From NCBI GenBank assembly GCA_030446545.1, contig JAUJNB010000001.1, positions 280,885 to 344,884 of the forward strand: a stretch of DNA of 64,000 nucleotides, in the 5' to 3' direction. Below are positions 1 to 8,915 of this stretch, in pieces (the stretch's first letter is position 1; each line of letters begins with the position of its first letter). This DNA comes from Acidimicrobiales bacterium (GTDB taxonomy: Bacteria; Actinomycetota; Acidimicrobiia; Acidimicrobiales; CADCSY01). The notes beneath the pieces were generated by a model. The model was not told the origin of the DNA. It saw only the letters and a list, made by a program, of their open reading frames with translations, and made no database searches. Both the position numbers and the translations under genes were made by a program.

Positions 1-709
1 AGGTGGCGCCGTGGATGGCGATACCCCCACCGGTGAAGTACACCGGGTTGTACAGCTTGCCCAGCCGGGAGGTGCGCCAGCCGGGGTAGCGCCACATGAA
101 GCGGTGGGCCCCGACGGGCGTGACGGCCGTGCCGCAGCCCCCGGGGGCGCAGTAGCGCTTCTTGTTCCCGGTGGAGACGTGGCTGATGAGGCGGAGGTCG
201 CCGCCCTTGTAGAGGAAGAGGAGCTGGCGACGAAGGTCGATCTCCACCCGGTCGGCGCCGCCGTCGGGCACCAGAGCCGAAGGCTCGTCGGGGTCCGCCA
301 ACGCCGATTCCACCTCGGGGGTGACCTCGCCCGTGGGCTCCATGCCCTGGAGCTTTTGGAACGCCTGGACGGCGAATACCGTGCCCTGTCCGAACACCCC
401 GTCGGGAGCGCCCGGGTCGAAGCGCAACTCGATGAGACGGCGTTGGAGCTCGGCCACGTCGTCACCCTCGGCCCCGGCGACCAGGCCTTCGGGGGCCGGC
501 GCCTCGGTGGTGGTCGTGGTCGGCGCCTCGGTGGTGGTGGTCGTCCCGACGGTGGTCGAGGTCACCCGGGTGGAGGAGGTGGACGTGCTCGGGGGGACCA
601 CGGCCGCCTCGCTGCTCGAGCCGGTGAGGCCGTACGTCGCCCCGGCCACGGCGATGCAGACCACCACGGCAGCGATGCTCACCCAACGGGTCTTGTTCAT
701 GTGCTCCAT
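1..709 (-). CDS. L,D-transpeptidase (YkuD-like) with peptidoglycan-binding domain; C-terminal part runs off the left edge
   Basis: Not in the ORF track because no stop lies inside the window. Own translation of the minus strand from ATG at 709 (alternative ATG at 700) gives MEHMNKTRWVSIAAVVVCIAVAG (signal/TM). A Thr/Pro-rich linker follows, then DDVAELQRRLIELRFDPGAPDGVFG (PG_binding_1-like). The rest reads RVEIDLRRQLLFLYKGG..SHVSTGN..IAIHGAT (YkuD-like). Confidence 0.7.
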   Translation of the reverse strand, partial: MEHMNKTRWVSIAAVVVCIAVAGATYGLTGSSSEAAVVPPSTSTSSTRVTSTTVGTTTTTEAPTTTTTEAPAPEGLVAGAEGDDVAELQRRLIELRFDPGAPDGVFGQGTVFAVQAFQKLQGMEPTGEVTPEVESALADPDEPSALVPDGGADRVEIDLRRQLLFLYKGGDLRLISHVSTGNKKRYCAPGGCGTAVTPVGAHRFMWRYPGWRTSRLGKLYNPVYFTGGGIAIHGAT

Positions 710-936
710 CTTCTTTTCCGGTTTCCGACCCTACGACGCACGAGACGTCTGCTTCGTTCCACCGTTCTTGGGCGAGAACGCAGAAAACCTACTCGCTTCT
801 GCCAGCGACTCGGCCGCGGGGGCAGAACCGCCGTTTCCCAACGACTGGGCCCGGGTACGCCGGGGCAGCGACGGGCCGGGCGCCACGGCGGAGCGCCCGG
901 CTCGGCACCACCATCTCCAGGTGAGGGTGGCGGACG

Positions 937-1020
937 TGCCGGCGACGGGAGTCGAACCCGTACGCCCCGAGAGGCAGTCCCTTTTAAGGGGACCGTGTCT
1001 GACCGTTCCACCACGCCGGC
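937..1020 (-). tRNA. tRNA-Leu (anticodon UAA), 84 nt, long variable arm
   Basis: Reverse complement is GCCGGCGTGGTGGAACGGTCAGACACGGTCCCCTTAAAAGGGACTGCCTCTCGGGGCGTACGGGTTCGACTCCCGTCGCCGGCA. Acceptor stem is 7 bp (GCCGGCG/CGCCGGC). Anticodon stem is GTCCC/GGGAC with loop CTTAAAA. T-arm is ACGGG-TTCGACT-CCCGT. Confidence 0.9.
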
Positions 1021-1029
1021 CGGCCCACT

Positions 1030-1485
1030 TTAGATCGGGCGATCGTCCTCTTCGGGCGGGGCGGGGTCGAGGTCGAGGGCGGCGGAGTTGATGCAGTAGC
1101 GCTCGCCGGTGGGTCGGGGTCCGTCGTCGAACACATGGCCGAGGTGTGAGCCGCAACGGGCGCAACGCACCTCGGTGCGGGCCATGCCCATGCTGCGATC
1201 GACCACCTTGGTGACCCGCTCGTCGTCGACCGCCGACCAGAAGCTGGGCCACCCCGTTCCCGAGTCGAACTTCTCGTCGGACCGGAACAACTCCACACCG
1301 CAGCCGATGCAGCGATAGACCCCGGGCGCCTTGGTGTCCCAGTAGGCGCCGGTGAAGGCCCGCTCGGTACCACCCTGGCGGGCGACGGCGTACTGCTCGG
1401 GCGTGAGGCGCCGGCGCCATTCGTCGTCGCTGGCGGGGACCTGCTCGTCGATGGACCCCGAGGGTCGCTCCATGTCGTCGGCCAT
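1030..1485 (-). CDS. msrB: peptide-methionine (R)-S-oxide reductase MsrB
   Basis: Track ORF 1030..1635. The plausible start is the internal Met ([10 protein letters not shown]). Motifs seen: two CxxC pairs ([21 protein letters not shown]) and GTGWPSF. Confidence 0.9.
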   Translation of the reverse strand: MADDMERPSGSIDEQVPASDDEWRRRLTPEQYAVARQGGTERAFTGAYWDTKAPGVYRCIGCGVELFRSDEKFDSGTGWPSFWSAVDDERVTKVVDRSMGMARTEVRCARCGSHLGHVFDDGPRPTGERYCINSAALDLDPAPPEEDDRPI

Positions 1486-1495
1486 GGTCTGGAGG

Positions 1496-2146
1496 CTAGG
1501 TGGCTGGGGTGCCGTCCACCCACTGCGCGAGCAACTGTTGCCGGCGCTGAGCCCACTCCTCGGCGGTGATGGCGTAGCGGAGGTGGTCCTCCCACACCCC
1601 GTTGATCTCGAGATACCGCTCGGCGGTGCCCTCACAGCGCAAACCCAGCTTCTCCACCACCCGCCGGCTCGGTTGGTTGCGGGGCACGATGGCCACCTGC
1701 AGGCGGTGCAGGACGAGGTCCTCGAACGCGAAGCGGGTCAACACGACCAATGCCTCGGGGACGTACCCGTGGCCAGCGCAGTCCTGATCGATCCAGTACC
1801 CCACGTAGGCACTCTGGAACGGGCCTCGCTGGATGCCGTTGAGGTTGATCTCGCCGCAGAAGCGGGGGCCGGCGAAGATCCCGAAGCCGTAGCCGGTGCC
1901 CATCTGGCGCTCCCGGTCACGGGCCCGGCACCGGGAGGCGAAGGCTGAGCGGTTTCGGATGATGTCGGGTGAGCCCGGCGGCCGCCGGGGCTCCCAGGGG
2001 GTGAGCCAGGCGTGGCTGCGGAGGCGCACGGCTTGCCAGTCAGCGAAATCCCGGGAGGTCAGGGGGCGAAGGTGCACGCGCGCCCCCCGCAGGACCGCCG
2101 GCTCCTCGTGAACCGCCGTCGACACGGTTTCCCACACTAGGCCCAC
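1496..2146 (-). CDS. GNAT family N-acetyltransferase (RimJ/RimL-like)
   Basis: 216-aa ORF. Pattern typical of RimJ/RimL-type GNATs: [59 protein letters not shown]. Confidence 0.8.
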   Translation of the reverse strand: MGLVWETVSTAVHEEPAVLRGARVHLRPLTSRDFADWQAVRLRSHAWLTPWEPRRPPGSPDIIRNRSAFASRCRARDRERQMGTGYGFGIFAGPRFCGEINLNGIQRGPFQSAYVGYWIDQDCAGHGYVPEALVVLTRFAFEDLVLHRLQVAIVPRNQPSRRVVEKLGLRCEGTAERYLEINGVWEDHLRYAITAEEWAQRRQQLLAQWVDGTPAT

Positions 2147-2188
2147 CGGGAACCTCGCGTGACCTCCACGCTGCTCGGCGGCCGGGGA

Positions 2189-3124
2189 TCAGCCGGACAG
2201 CAGGCTTCGCGCCATCCCGTCGAGGATGTCAGCCTCCGAGACGAGCAGCTCGTCGACCTCGAAGAAGCGCAGAACGGCGACGAGGGCGCAACACCCACCG
2301 ACGATCACGTCGGCCCGGGCCTCCTCCAGCCCGGGGTTGTGGACCCGGTCGGCCCGGGTCTCGGTGGCGAGGGTGCGGAACACGTCCTCGGCCGCCGCCC
2401 GGCTCAGTCGGAAGTGGTGGATCCGGTCGCGGTCATAGGACGCCAGACCCAGCTCGACGGCCGCCACCGTGGTGACGGTGCCGGCCAGGCCGACCATCAG
2501 CGCCGCATCCCGGGTGGAAGGAAGTTCCCGCACCACGTCGTCCAGGTAGGCCTCGGCCACGGAGATGGCCGCGCTCAGCTCTTCGGGGGCCGGTGGGTCG
2601 CGGTGGAGGTACTGCTCGGTCAGGCGCACGCAACCCACGTCGACCGAGATCACCCCCTCGGGGCCGTCCCGGCCCCTTCCCACCGCGAACTCGGTGGATC
2701 CGCCTCCGATGTCGACCACCAGGAACGGGCCAGTCTCGTCATCGAGCTCGGCGGTGGCGCCGAGGAACGACAGCCGGGCCTCCTCGGCCCCCGACAGGAG
2801 CTCGGGCGCCGCCCCGAGGGTGTCCTCCACCCGCGAGAACAGCACGTCGCGGTTGGCGGCGTCTCGGGCGGCCGAGGTGGCCGAGACCCGGACCCGCTCG
2901 ACGCCGTGGGCGTCGAGGATCCTGCGGTACTCCCCCAGGACCTCGATCGTGCGGTCCACGGCGAGGGGATCGAGCAGGCCGGAGGCGTCGACACCCGCAC
3001 CCAACCGGGTGATGAGGGCCCGTCGGTCGAGCGCCTGCAGCCGCCCGTCACCGGCATCGCGGGCCACGAGCAGGCGGGTGGAGTTGGTCCCGCAGTCGAT
3101 GACGGCGACCGCCGGACCGCTCAC
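2189..3124 (-). CDS. Ppx/GppA family phosphatase (exopolyphosphatase-like)
   Basis: 311-aa ORF. Shows AVIDCGTNSTRLLVA and VVDIGGGSTEF (ASKHA phosphate-binding motifs). Lies in the actinobacterial DUF501-ppx context. Confidence 0.85.
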   Translation of the reverse strand: MSGPAVAVIDCGTNSTRLLVARDAGDGRLQALDRRALITRLGAGVDASGLLDPLAVDRTIEVLGEYRRILDAHGVERVRVSATSAARDAANRDVLFSRVEDTLGAAPELLSGAEEARLSFLGATAELDDETGPFLVVDIGGGSTEFAVGRGRDGPEGVISVDVGCVRLTEQYLHRDPPAPEELSAAISVAEAYLDDVVRELPSTRDAALMVGLAGTVTTVAAVELGLASYDRDRIHHFRLSRAAAEDVFRTLATETRADRVHNPGLEEARADVIVGGCCALVAVLRFFEVDELLVSEADILDGMARSLLSG

Positions 3125-3612
3125 GTCGGGCCCGGCTCGCCAGCGAGCACCGTGGCCACCCAGCGGCCGACGGGATCGTCACCCCCGGCCAGGTACCAGG
3201 CGTAGTGGGCGTGCAGGCACTTCACCCCCCGCCGGGTCCCCCCGACCCCCCCACCGGGGCGGGGACCGTCGTGGCCGGCGGGCAAGGCCGCCTCTCGTTC
3301 GGCGGCGTAGCGACGGTGGGCCTGGCGCAACAGCTCGGGATCGACCGCCTGCTCGGCGGTCCGCACACCCCCCGACGACTCCAGGCGGCTGACCGCCAGC
3401 CGCTCCTCCGACCCGACGAGCCAGAAGCGCGTGGGCATGGGGGTGCCGTCATCGAGGAACGGGGCGTTGCGGATGACGACGGGTCGGCCGTCGGCCGAAC
3501 GCACCACCACCTCGAACGAGCCCCGAGGGTGGCGACCGAGCAGACCGGTGACGGCCTCGTGGTCGGGGTCGCCGTGATCACCACCGTGGTGATCGTCACC
3601 CGTCAACGGCAA
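3121..3612 (-). CDS. DUF501 domain protein
   Basis: 163-aa ORF with a 4-nt overlap onto the downstream ppx-like gene. Shows PTRFWLVG..VGGTRRGVKCLHAHYAWYLAGG, characteristic of DUF501. Confidence 0.75.
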   Translation of the reverse strand: MPLTGDDHHGGDHGDPDHEAVTGLLGRHPRGSFEVVVRSADGRPVVIRNAPFLDDGTPMPTRFWLVGSEERLAVSRLESSGGVRTAEQAVDPELLRQAHRRYAAEREAALPAGHDGPRPGGGVGGTRRGVKCLHAHYAWYLAGGDDPVGRWVATVLAGEPGPT

Positions 3613-3616
3613 CGGG

Positions 3617-3913
3617 TCAGGTCTGGATGACCGAGTTGGTCTCGCCGTACTCGTTGACCTGGTGGCTGTGGGCCTCGGGCTCGGTGAACCAGGTCCCGCC
3701 CTCGCTCAGGTACTTGAAGGAATAGCACTGGCCGGGCTCGAGCTCGACGGTGGCGCTTCGCGTCCCGTTGGCCCGCCTCTTGAGGGGATCGGCCAAGGGG
3801 TCCCAGTGGTTGAAGTCCCCCAGCACCGAGACCGGCTCGGGCGTCTCGGTGATGGGAAGGACGAAGCTGGCCTTGACGTTGCTGTGGGCTCGGTTGGCGG
3901 TGAGCTTGATCAT
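3617..3913 (-). CDS. glycogen-binding (CBM48 / isoamylase early-set-like) domain protein
   Basis: Track ORF 3617..3985. The internal ATG at 3913 is preceded by AAGGGA. Sequence reads MIKLTAN..VSVLGDFNHWDP..MKRRANGT..YSFKYLSEGGTW. Confidence 0.7.
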   Translation of the reverse strand: MIKLTANRAHSNVKASFVLPITETPEPVSVLGDFNHWDPLADPLKRRANGTRSATVELEPGQCYSFKYLSEGGTWFTEPEAHSHQVNEYGETNSVIQT

Positions 3914-3948
3914 GGGGACATTCCCTTTCGGTCGCCGTCCGGACCACG

Positions 3949-4956
3949 CTACCCGCCGGTCGGACGGAGTCCTGACCGACCCCACACCTCCGGGTTGGCC
4001 AGGTGGCGAGGGCGCCGACCGGCGAGAACGGACTCGACGTCGTCGACGATCATGGCGCTGTGGTGGGTCACCACGTCGTCGGCCGCCCCGGCCAGATGGG
4101 GGGTCAGGGTGACGGTGTCGAGGTCGAGCAGGGGGTGGTCACGCTCCAGTGGCTCGCGCCAGAACACGTCGAGCGCGGCCCCGGCGATCCGGCGTCGACG
4201 CAGGGCCGCGACCAGGGCGGCCTCGTCGACGATCGCCGCCCGGGCGGTGTTGACCAGGACGGCGTGGGGAGCCATCTGCTCCAGGGCGGCGGCATCGATG
4301 AGCCCGGTGGTCTCGGGCGTGAGCGGGCAGTGGAGGCTGACCACGTCGCTTTCGGCCAGGAGCCGGGCCAGGGACACGGCCTGCGCCGGCGGGTCGGGGG
4401 CGTCGACGTAGGGGTCGCTCACCAGGACGCGCATGGCGAAGCCTCCGGCGGCCCGACGGGCGACCTCTCGGCCCACGGCGCCGTAACCCACCAGCCCGAG
4501 GGTGCGCCCGGCCAGCTCCGGGCCCCGGAAGTGCAGGTAGGGCAGCTCCCCATCGACGTGCCACCCCACCCGGCGGAGGTGCTCCTGGCTCCTTGCGAGA
4601 GAGCGACACTGGGCGATGACCAACCCGATCGTGAAGTCGGCCACCGAGGCGGCGTTGCGGGCGGGGGTGTGGATCACCGGGATGCCCCGGGCCGCTGCTG
4701 CGGCCAGGTCGACGTTGCTCGGAGCACCCCGGGCGGTGGCCACCAGGCGCAGGTCGGGCAGGGCGTCGAGCACGGCGCCATCCACCGCCTCGATCTCCAC
4801 GATCAGCACGGTGGCCCCCTGCCCGGCGGCGACCAGGGCCTCGGGTTCGAGGACCCGCCGGGTGACGCCCCAGCCGGCCCGCAGCACCTCGTAGCCCAGG
4901 GCTTCGAGCCGGGACTGCCCGTCGCCACTCAGCTCGGCGGTGACCAGCGCCTTCAC
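3949..4956 (-). CDS. D-isomer-specific 2-hydroxyacid dehydrogenase family protein
   Basis: 335-aa ORF. NAD-binding GLVGYGAVGREVARR and catalytic-region pattern LVNTARAAIVDE..ALDVF..EP are present. Its GTG start overlaps the upstream stop (GTGA). Confidence 0.85.
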   Translation of the reverse strand: MKALVTAELSGDGQSRLEALGYEVLRAGWGVTRRVLEPEALVAAGQGATVLIVEIEAVDGAVLDALPDLRLVATARGAPSNVDLAAAAARGIPVIHTPARNAASVADFTIGLVIAQCRSLARSQEHLRRVGWHVDGELPYLHFRGPELAGRTLGLVGYGAVGREVARRAAGGFAMRVLVSDPYVDAPDPPAQAVSLARLLAESDVVSLHCPLTPETTGLIDAAALEQMAPHAVLVNTARAAIVDEAALVAALRRRRIAGAALDVFWREPLERDHPLLDLDTVTLTPHLAGAADDVVTHHSAMIVDDVESVLAGRRPRHLANPEVWGRSGLRPTGG

Positions 4957-6413
4957 GAAGGCGACTCGGGAAGGTGGGTGCGCACGGCGTCGGAGGTGGC
5001 GAGGTAGCGCTGGTAGGGCTGCTCGTAGGGACGGGGATCACCCGCGACCAGGATCTCGGCGTCGGCCGCCCCCCCGCCTGGCGGCAGGTCGATCCCACAG
5101 GCCCGGGCCACCAGGGCGGCGCCGGCCACCGCGGCCGGCTGGGTGGTGGCCGGCACGGTCACGTCCCGGCCGACGACATCGGCCACCAGTCGGGGTAGTC
5201 CCCCGTGGCGGGCTCCTCCGCCGGTCACCACCAAGGTGGTGGCCGACCGCCCGAGGACCCGCTCGAGGTCGGCCAGGTTGGCCCGGATGGCGTAGGCGTG
5301 GGCCTCGACGAAGGCCCGGGCCAGGTCGGCCTCGCTGGTGGAGGGACCGAGGCCCAGCACCGACTGCGGGGCTCGGGCCACCCACGCCTCCTCGCTCCAC
5401 ACCGGGGCGGCGACCACGGCGGTGACCCCGTTGGCCCCCGGTCGGCTGTCGGCGGCCCGGGCCCACAGCTCGCCCACCTCGCGGCGCTGCACCCCGGCCA
5501 ACCAGCCCAACATGGTGCCGGGGTAGGCGGCGTTGGTCTCCACCGCCCAGCGCTCGGGCGCCAGGTGGGTGGACACCCACGGGTGGCGCAGCGGGTCCCT
5601 CGGGGGCACCGCCGTGGCCGCCTGCACCGGGGTGCTGGAGCCGGCCACCACGGTCACCACGCCGTCGACCATCCCCCCCGACCCCATGGCCGCCATCTGG
5701 GTGTCGCCCCCCCCGGCGACCACCGGCAGGCCCAGCGGCAGGCCCAGGTCGCCGTCGAGCAGCTGTCCCACCACCGTGCCCGCCTCCACCAGGGGAGCCA
5801 GCTTGTCGACCTCGAGGCCGAGGTGGCCGATCAGGTCGCTGGCCCAACACCGCCTCACCACGTCGGCCAGTTGACCGGCGCTGGCCAGGGAGACCTCGGT
5901 GGCCTCCTGGCCCGAGAGCCGCCACAGGGCCCAGTCGTGCACGAACAGCACCCGCCGGGCGGCCCGCCAACGCTGCGGTTCGGCCTCGGCCAGGTGGAGC
6001 AGCTTGGGCAGGGTCAGCTCCGGGGCGGGCCAGTGCCCGGTGGTGGCGTAGAGGGCCTCGGTCCCGACCTCCCGGCGCAACCGCTCGAGCTGGGAAGCGC
6101 CCCGGCGGTCGCTGTTGAGAACGGCCGGCCCGAGCTCGGCCCGGCCGTCGGTGAGCACGAAGCCCTGGCGCAGGGAGGAGGCGGTGATCCCGGCGTAGTT
6201 CCCGGGCCCCCGCCCGGCCCGGGACACCGCTTCGCGCAACGTCCGCCGGCACGCCGCCCACCAGATCCCCGGATCGATCTCGGCGACCTGGGGTCGGGGG
6301 CGCCGGGTGACCACCTTCTCGCTGGCCTCGGCCACCATCTGCCCGCCCACCTCCGCCACCCAGGCCTTGACGGCCGAGCCGCCGAGGTCGAGGCCGGCGG
6401 CCAGGGGGGTCAA
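4953..6413 (-). CDS. FGGY-family carbohydrate kinase
   Basis: This is the C-terminal 486 codons of track ORF 4953..6950. The upstream 179 codons of that ORF overlap the aldolase gene out of frame. A TTG start at 6413 overlaps the aldolase stop (TTGA). Starts (L/M)TPLAAGLDLGGSAVKAWV, later VVAGGGDTQMAAMGSG and VVTGGGARHG. Confidence 0.8.
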   Translation of the reverse strand: MTPLAAGLDLGGSAVKAWVAEVGGQMVAEASEKVVTRRPRPQVAEIDPGIWWAACRRTLREAVSRAGRGPGNYAGITASSLRQGFVLTDGRAELGPAVLNSDRRGASQLERLRREVGTEALYATTGHWPAPELTLPKLLHLAEAEPQRWRAARRVLFVHDWALWRLSGQEATEVSLASAGQLADVVRRCWASDLIGHLGLEVDKLAPLVEAGTVVGQLLDGDLGLPLGLPVVAGGGDTQMAAMGSGGMVDGVVTVVAGSSTPVQAATAVPPRDPLRHPWVSTHLAPERWAVETNAAYPGTMLGWLAGVQRREVGELWARAADSRPGANGVTAVVAAPVWSEEAWVARAPQSVLGLGPSTSEADLARAFVEAHAYAIRANLADLERVLGRSATTLVVTGGGARHGGLPRLVADVVGRDVTVPATTQPAAVAGAALVARACGIDLPPGGGAADAEILVAGDPRPYEQPYQRYLATSDAVRTHLPESPS

Positions 6414-7069
6414 GGGATCGGCGGGGACGAAGCCGACGCCGCCTCGGCCTGGCGCACCCGGGCCAGGTACTCCGGCGGGCACTCGGTGGTGGTGTCGCCC
6501 AGCGTCAGGGCCCGGTAGGTGGCCACCGCCGCCTCCTCCAGGTTGGCCGCCCGCTTGTGGGCCGCTTCGATGGTGGCACCCACCACCGAGCACCCGTGGT
6601 GGCCGAGGATCACGGCGTCGGCCTCGGCCAGGGCGGCGGCGCCGGCCGCCGCCAGCTCCTCGGTGCCCGACGGGAGGTAGGCCACGGTCGCCACCCGTCG
6701 CACGTAGTAGGCGTGGTCGATCGTGATGAGGCGGATGCGATGGCCCAGCGCGTCGAGCAGCACCGAGAGCTGGGGGTGGAGGTGGATCACGGCGTTGACG
6801 TCGGGCCGGGCCCGGTAGCTGTGGAGGTGCAGGGCCACCTCGCTGGAGGGGGTGGGGTGGCCCCCCCGGTGGGTCCCGTCGAGCGCGACGAGGCTGAAGT
6901 CTTCGGGGCTCAGCTCGTCGAGCCAGGTCCCGCTGGCGGTGACCACGCACGCGTCGCCACCGGGGAGGCGGGCCGAGAGGTTGCCGCCCGACCCCAGCAC
7001 CAGTCCCCGGTCCACCGCCTTGGCCCCGAGGTGGATCAACTGGCCAATCAGCTCGGCATGGTCCTTCAT
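6410..7069 (-). CDS. class II aldolase/adducin-domain protein
   Basis: Track ORF 6410..7840, with the real start at MKDHAEL (ATG 7069). Shows GSGGNLSAR and HLHSYRARPDVNAVIHLHP (metal-binding His pattern). Confidence 0.85.
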   Translation of the reverse strand: MKDHAELIGQLIHLGAKAVDRGLVLGSGGNLSARLPGGDACVVTASGTWLDELSPEDFSLVALDGTHRGGHPTPSSEVALHLHSYRARPDVNAVIHLHPQLSVLLDALGHRIRLITIDHAYYVRRVATVAYLPSGTEELAAAGAAALAEADAVILGHHGCSVVGATIEAAHKRAANLEEAAVATYRALTLGDTTTECPPEYLARVRQAEAASASSPPIP

Positions 7070-8112
7070 GGCACCAGGACGGCCTTCAGGCGACCGCCTC
7101 CGGGCGCCTCGCCCACGGCCGCGTGGACGTCGCCGAGGGCGTGACGGTGGGTGACGATGCGACCGGCGTCGATGATCCCGGTGCTCAGGAGCTCGATGGC
7201 CTCCGGGAATGCCCCCGGCGCCAGGTGGCCGCCCCGGATGTCGAGCTCCTTGTGCTCGGCCACCACGTTGAGGTCGATGCTCGCCGGCCGCCGGTACACC
7301 CCGTAGAGGACGAGGCGGCCACCGGGCACCAGCGCGGCCAGACCCAGACCCACCGCCTCGGGCGACCCCGAGCAGTCGAGAAAGACGTCGGGGCCGTCGC
7401 CCCCGGTCAGCTCCAGCAGCTCCTCGAGGCCGGCCCGGGCCCCGCCGTCGGGGTGAGGGACGGCGGACAGGTCGACCGCGTCGTCGGCGCCCAGGGCCAG
7501 CGCCAGCTCGGCCCGGGCGGGGGACGTCACCACCGCCACCAGCCGGCGGACCCTGCCGCTGGCAACGCCCAGGGCGGCGGCCCCGATGGAGCCGATGCCG
7601 GCGATAGCCACCACGTCGTCGGCGTCGAGGTCGGCCCGGCGCAGGGCGTGCACGGCGCAGGCCGCCGGCTCGACCAGCACTGCCGCGGCCAGGTCTAGGT
7701 CGGGCGGGAGGTGGTGGACCACGGCCTCGGGAGGAAGGGCCATCCGCTCGGCAAAGGCGCCGGGCAGCCCGCTGCCCAGGTGGCTGCCGAACCGGCACAG
7801 GTTCTCCCGACTGGCCCGGCACAGCCGGCAGCGCCGGCACGCCACCTTGACCTCGGCCGTGACCCGGTCACCCACATCCACGCCCCAGTACCGGGCACTG
7901 CCTTCGTCGATCCAGGCCACCCGGCCCAGGATCTCGTGGCCGGGGGTGAAGGGGAACGACAACTCCCACGGCCCGTCACCCCGCCAGATCATGCGGTCGG
8001 CCGCGCACACGCCGGCGGCTTCGATCTCCAGCACCGCACCGGTCTCCCGTCCGGGCTCCGGCCTGTCCTCCAGGCGGAAGTCCCCCGGCCCGTGGGCCAC
8101 GACCGCCTTCAC
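7066..8112 (-). CDS. zinc-dependent medium-chain alcohol/polyol dehydrogenase
   Basis: Track ORF 7066..8328. GTG start at 8112 (VKAVVAHGPGDF) overlaps the upstream stop (GTGA). Shows GVCAADR, GHEILG, CRRCRLC (structural Zn) and the Rossmann motif IAGIGSIG. Confidence 0.85.
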   Translation of the reverse strand: MKAVVAHGPGDFRLEDRPEPGRETGAVLEIEAAGVCAADRMIWRGDGPWELSFPFTPGHEILGRVAWIDEGSARYWGVDVGDRVTAEVKVACRRCRLCRASRENLCRFGSHLGSGLPGAFAERMALPPEAVVHHLPPDLDLAAAVLVEPAACAVHALRRADLDADDVVAIAGIGSIGAAALGVASGRVRRLVAVVTSPARAELALALGADDAVDLSAVPHPDGGARAGLEELLELTGGDGPDVFLDCSGSPEAVGLGLAALVPGGRLVLYGVYRRPASIDLNVVAEHKELDIRGGHLAPGAFPEAIELLSTGIIDAGRIVTHRHALGDVHAAVGEAPGGGRLKAVLVP

Positions 8113-8915
8113 GGCCGACCTCGGAGCAGGTGGGTCCGGCTCTCGGCGGCGGCCTGGGCACCGGTGGCCACGCCGGCGCACACCGCGCCGTAGAGGTCGA
8201 GGGTAGCCGCGCCGGCATAGCCGGCGGCGTCGAGGGCGGCGGCGAAGGGCCCGAAGTCGTGCAGGCGGCCGACCGGCAGGTCGTCGTCGGCGTTGCCCTC
8301 GGCCGCGTCGCCCAGGTGCACGTGCCACAGCCGCTCCCCCAAGCGGCCCACCACTTCGGCCGGGTCCTCCCCGGCGGCGTAGGCGTGGCCGGTGTCGAGG
8401 AGCACGCCCAGCCCGGGCACGGCGTCACAGAGCCCGACCGCGTCGGCCGCCGTCGCCACCGCGGTGCCCGGCTTGTACTCCAGCGCCACCCGCACCCCGG
8501 TGGGCGCCACCGCGTCGACCACGCGCCGGGCGCCGGCGGCCACCTCGGTGGGAGCGGTGTGGGGCTCGTCGGCGCCGGGCCAGACGCCGATCGTGTCCAG
8601 ACCGAGGTCGACCGCCACCTCGGCGGTGGCCCGGGCCTGGTCGACCACCAGCGCCGTGCTCGACCCGGCGAGGGCCCCATCGGGCCAGCGGTCGGGCGGG
8701 AGCGACAGCAGCAGCATGGCCACCGGCATCCCCGTCACCTGCGTCAGTTCCCTCACGTGGGCCAGGCGTTCGACGGCCAACTCGTCGGCCACCCGGTAGA
8801 CGCCCAGCTCCATCCCCTGGAACCCGGCGGCGGCCACCGCCGGCCACAGGGCGGCGTCGTCCAGCCCGTCGGGCCAATGGTTCCAGTCGGCGTCACACAG
8901 CTGCCAGGCGGTCAC
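8109..8915 (-). CDS. sugar phosphate isomerase/epimerase (xylose isomerase-like TIM barrel)
   Basis: 268-aa ORF. Pattern typical of AP endonuclease 2/xylose-isomerase-like barrels: GFQGMEL..VALEYKPG..LLDTGHAYAAGEDP..HVHLGD. Confidence 0.8.
   Translation of the reverse strand: MTAWQLCDADWNHWPDGLDDAALWPAVAAAGFQGMELGVYRVADELAVERLAHVRELTQVTGMPVAMLLLSLPPDRWPDGALAGSSTALVVDQARATAEVAVDLGLDTIGVWPGADEPHTAPTEVAAGARRVVDAVAPTGVRVALEYKPGTAVATAADAVGLCDAVPGLGVLLDTGHAYAAGEDPAEVVGRLGERLWHVHLGDAAEGNADDDLPVGRLHDFGPFAAALDAAGYAGAATLDLYGAVCAGVATGAQAAAESRTHLLRGRP

Noticed and set aside
6414-6950. N-terminal 179 codons of track ORF 4953..6950, which would make a 665-aa kinase.
   Set aside because: This part overlaps the class II aldolase gene out of frame and is Arg/Pro/Gly junk. 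A TTG at 6413 gives a normal FGGY N-terminus and a TTGA overlap. Similar 5' over-extensions were trimmed for 6410..7840, 7066..8328, 38103..40130, 39463..41178, 42355..45087, 43956..45356, 54156..55778 and 56201..58072.
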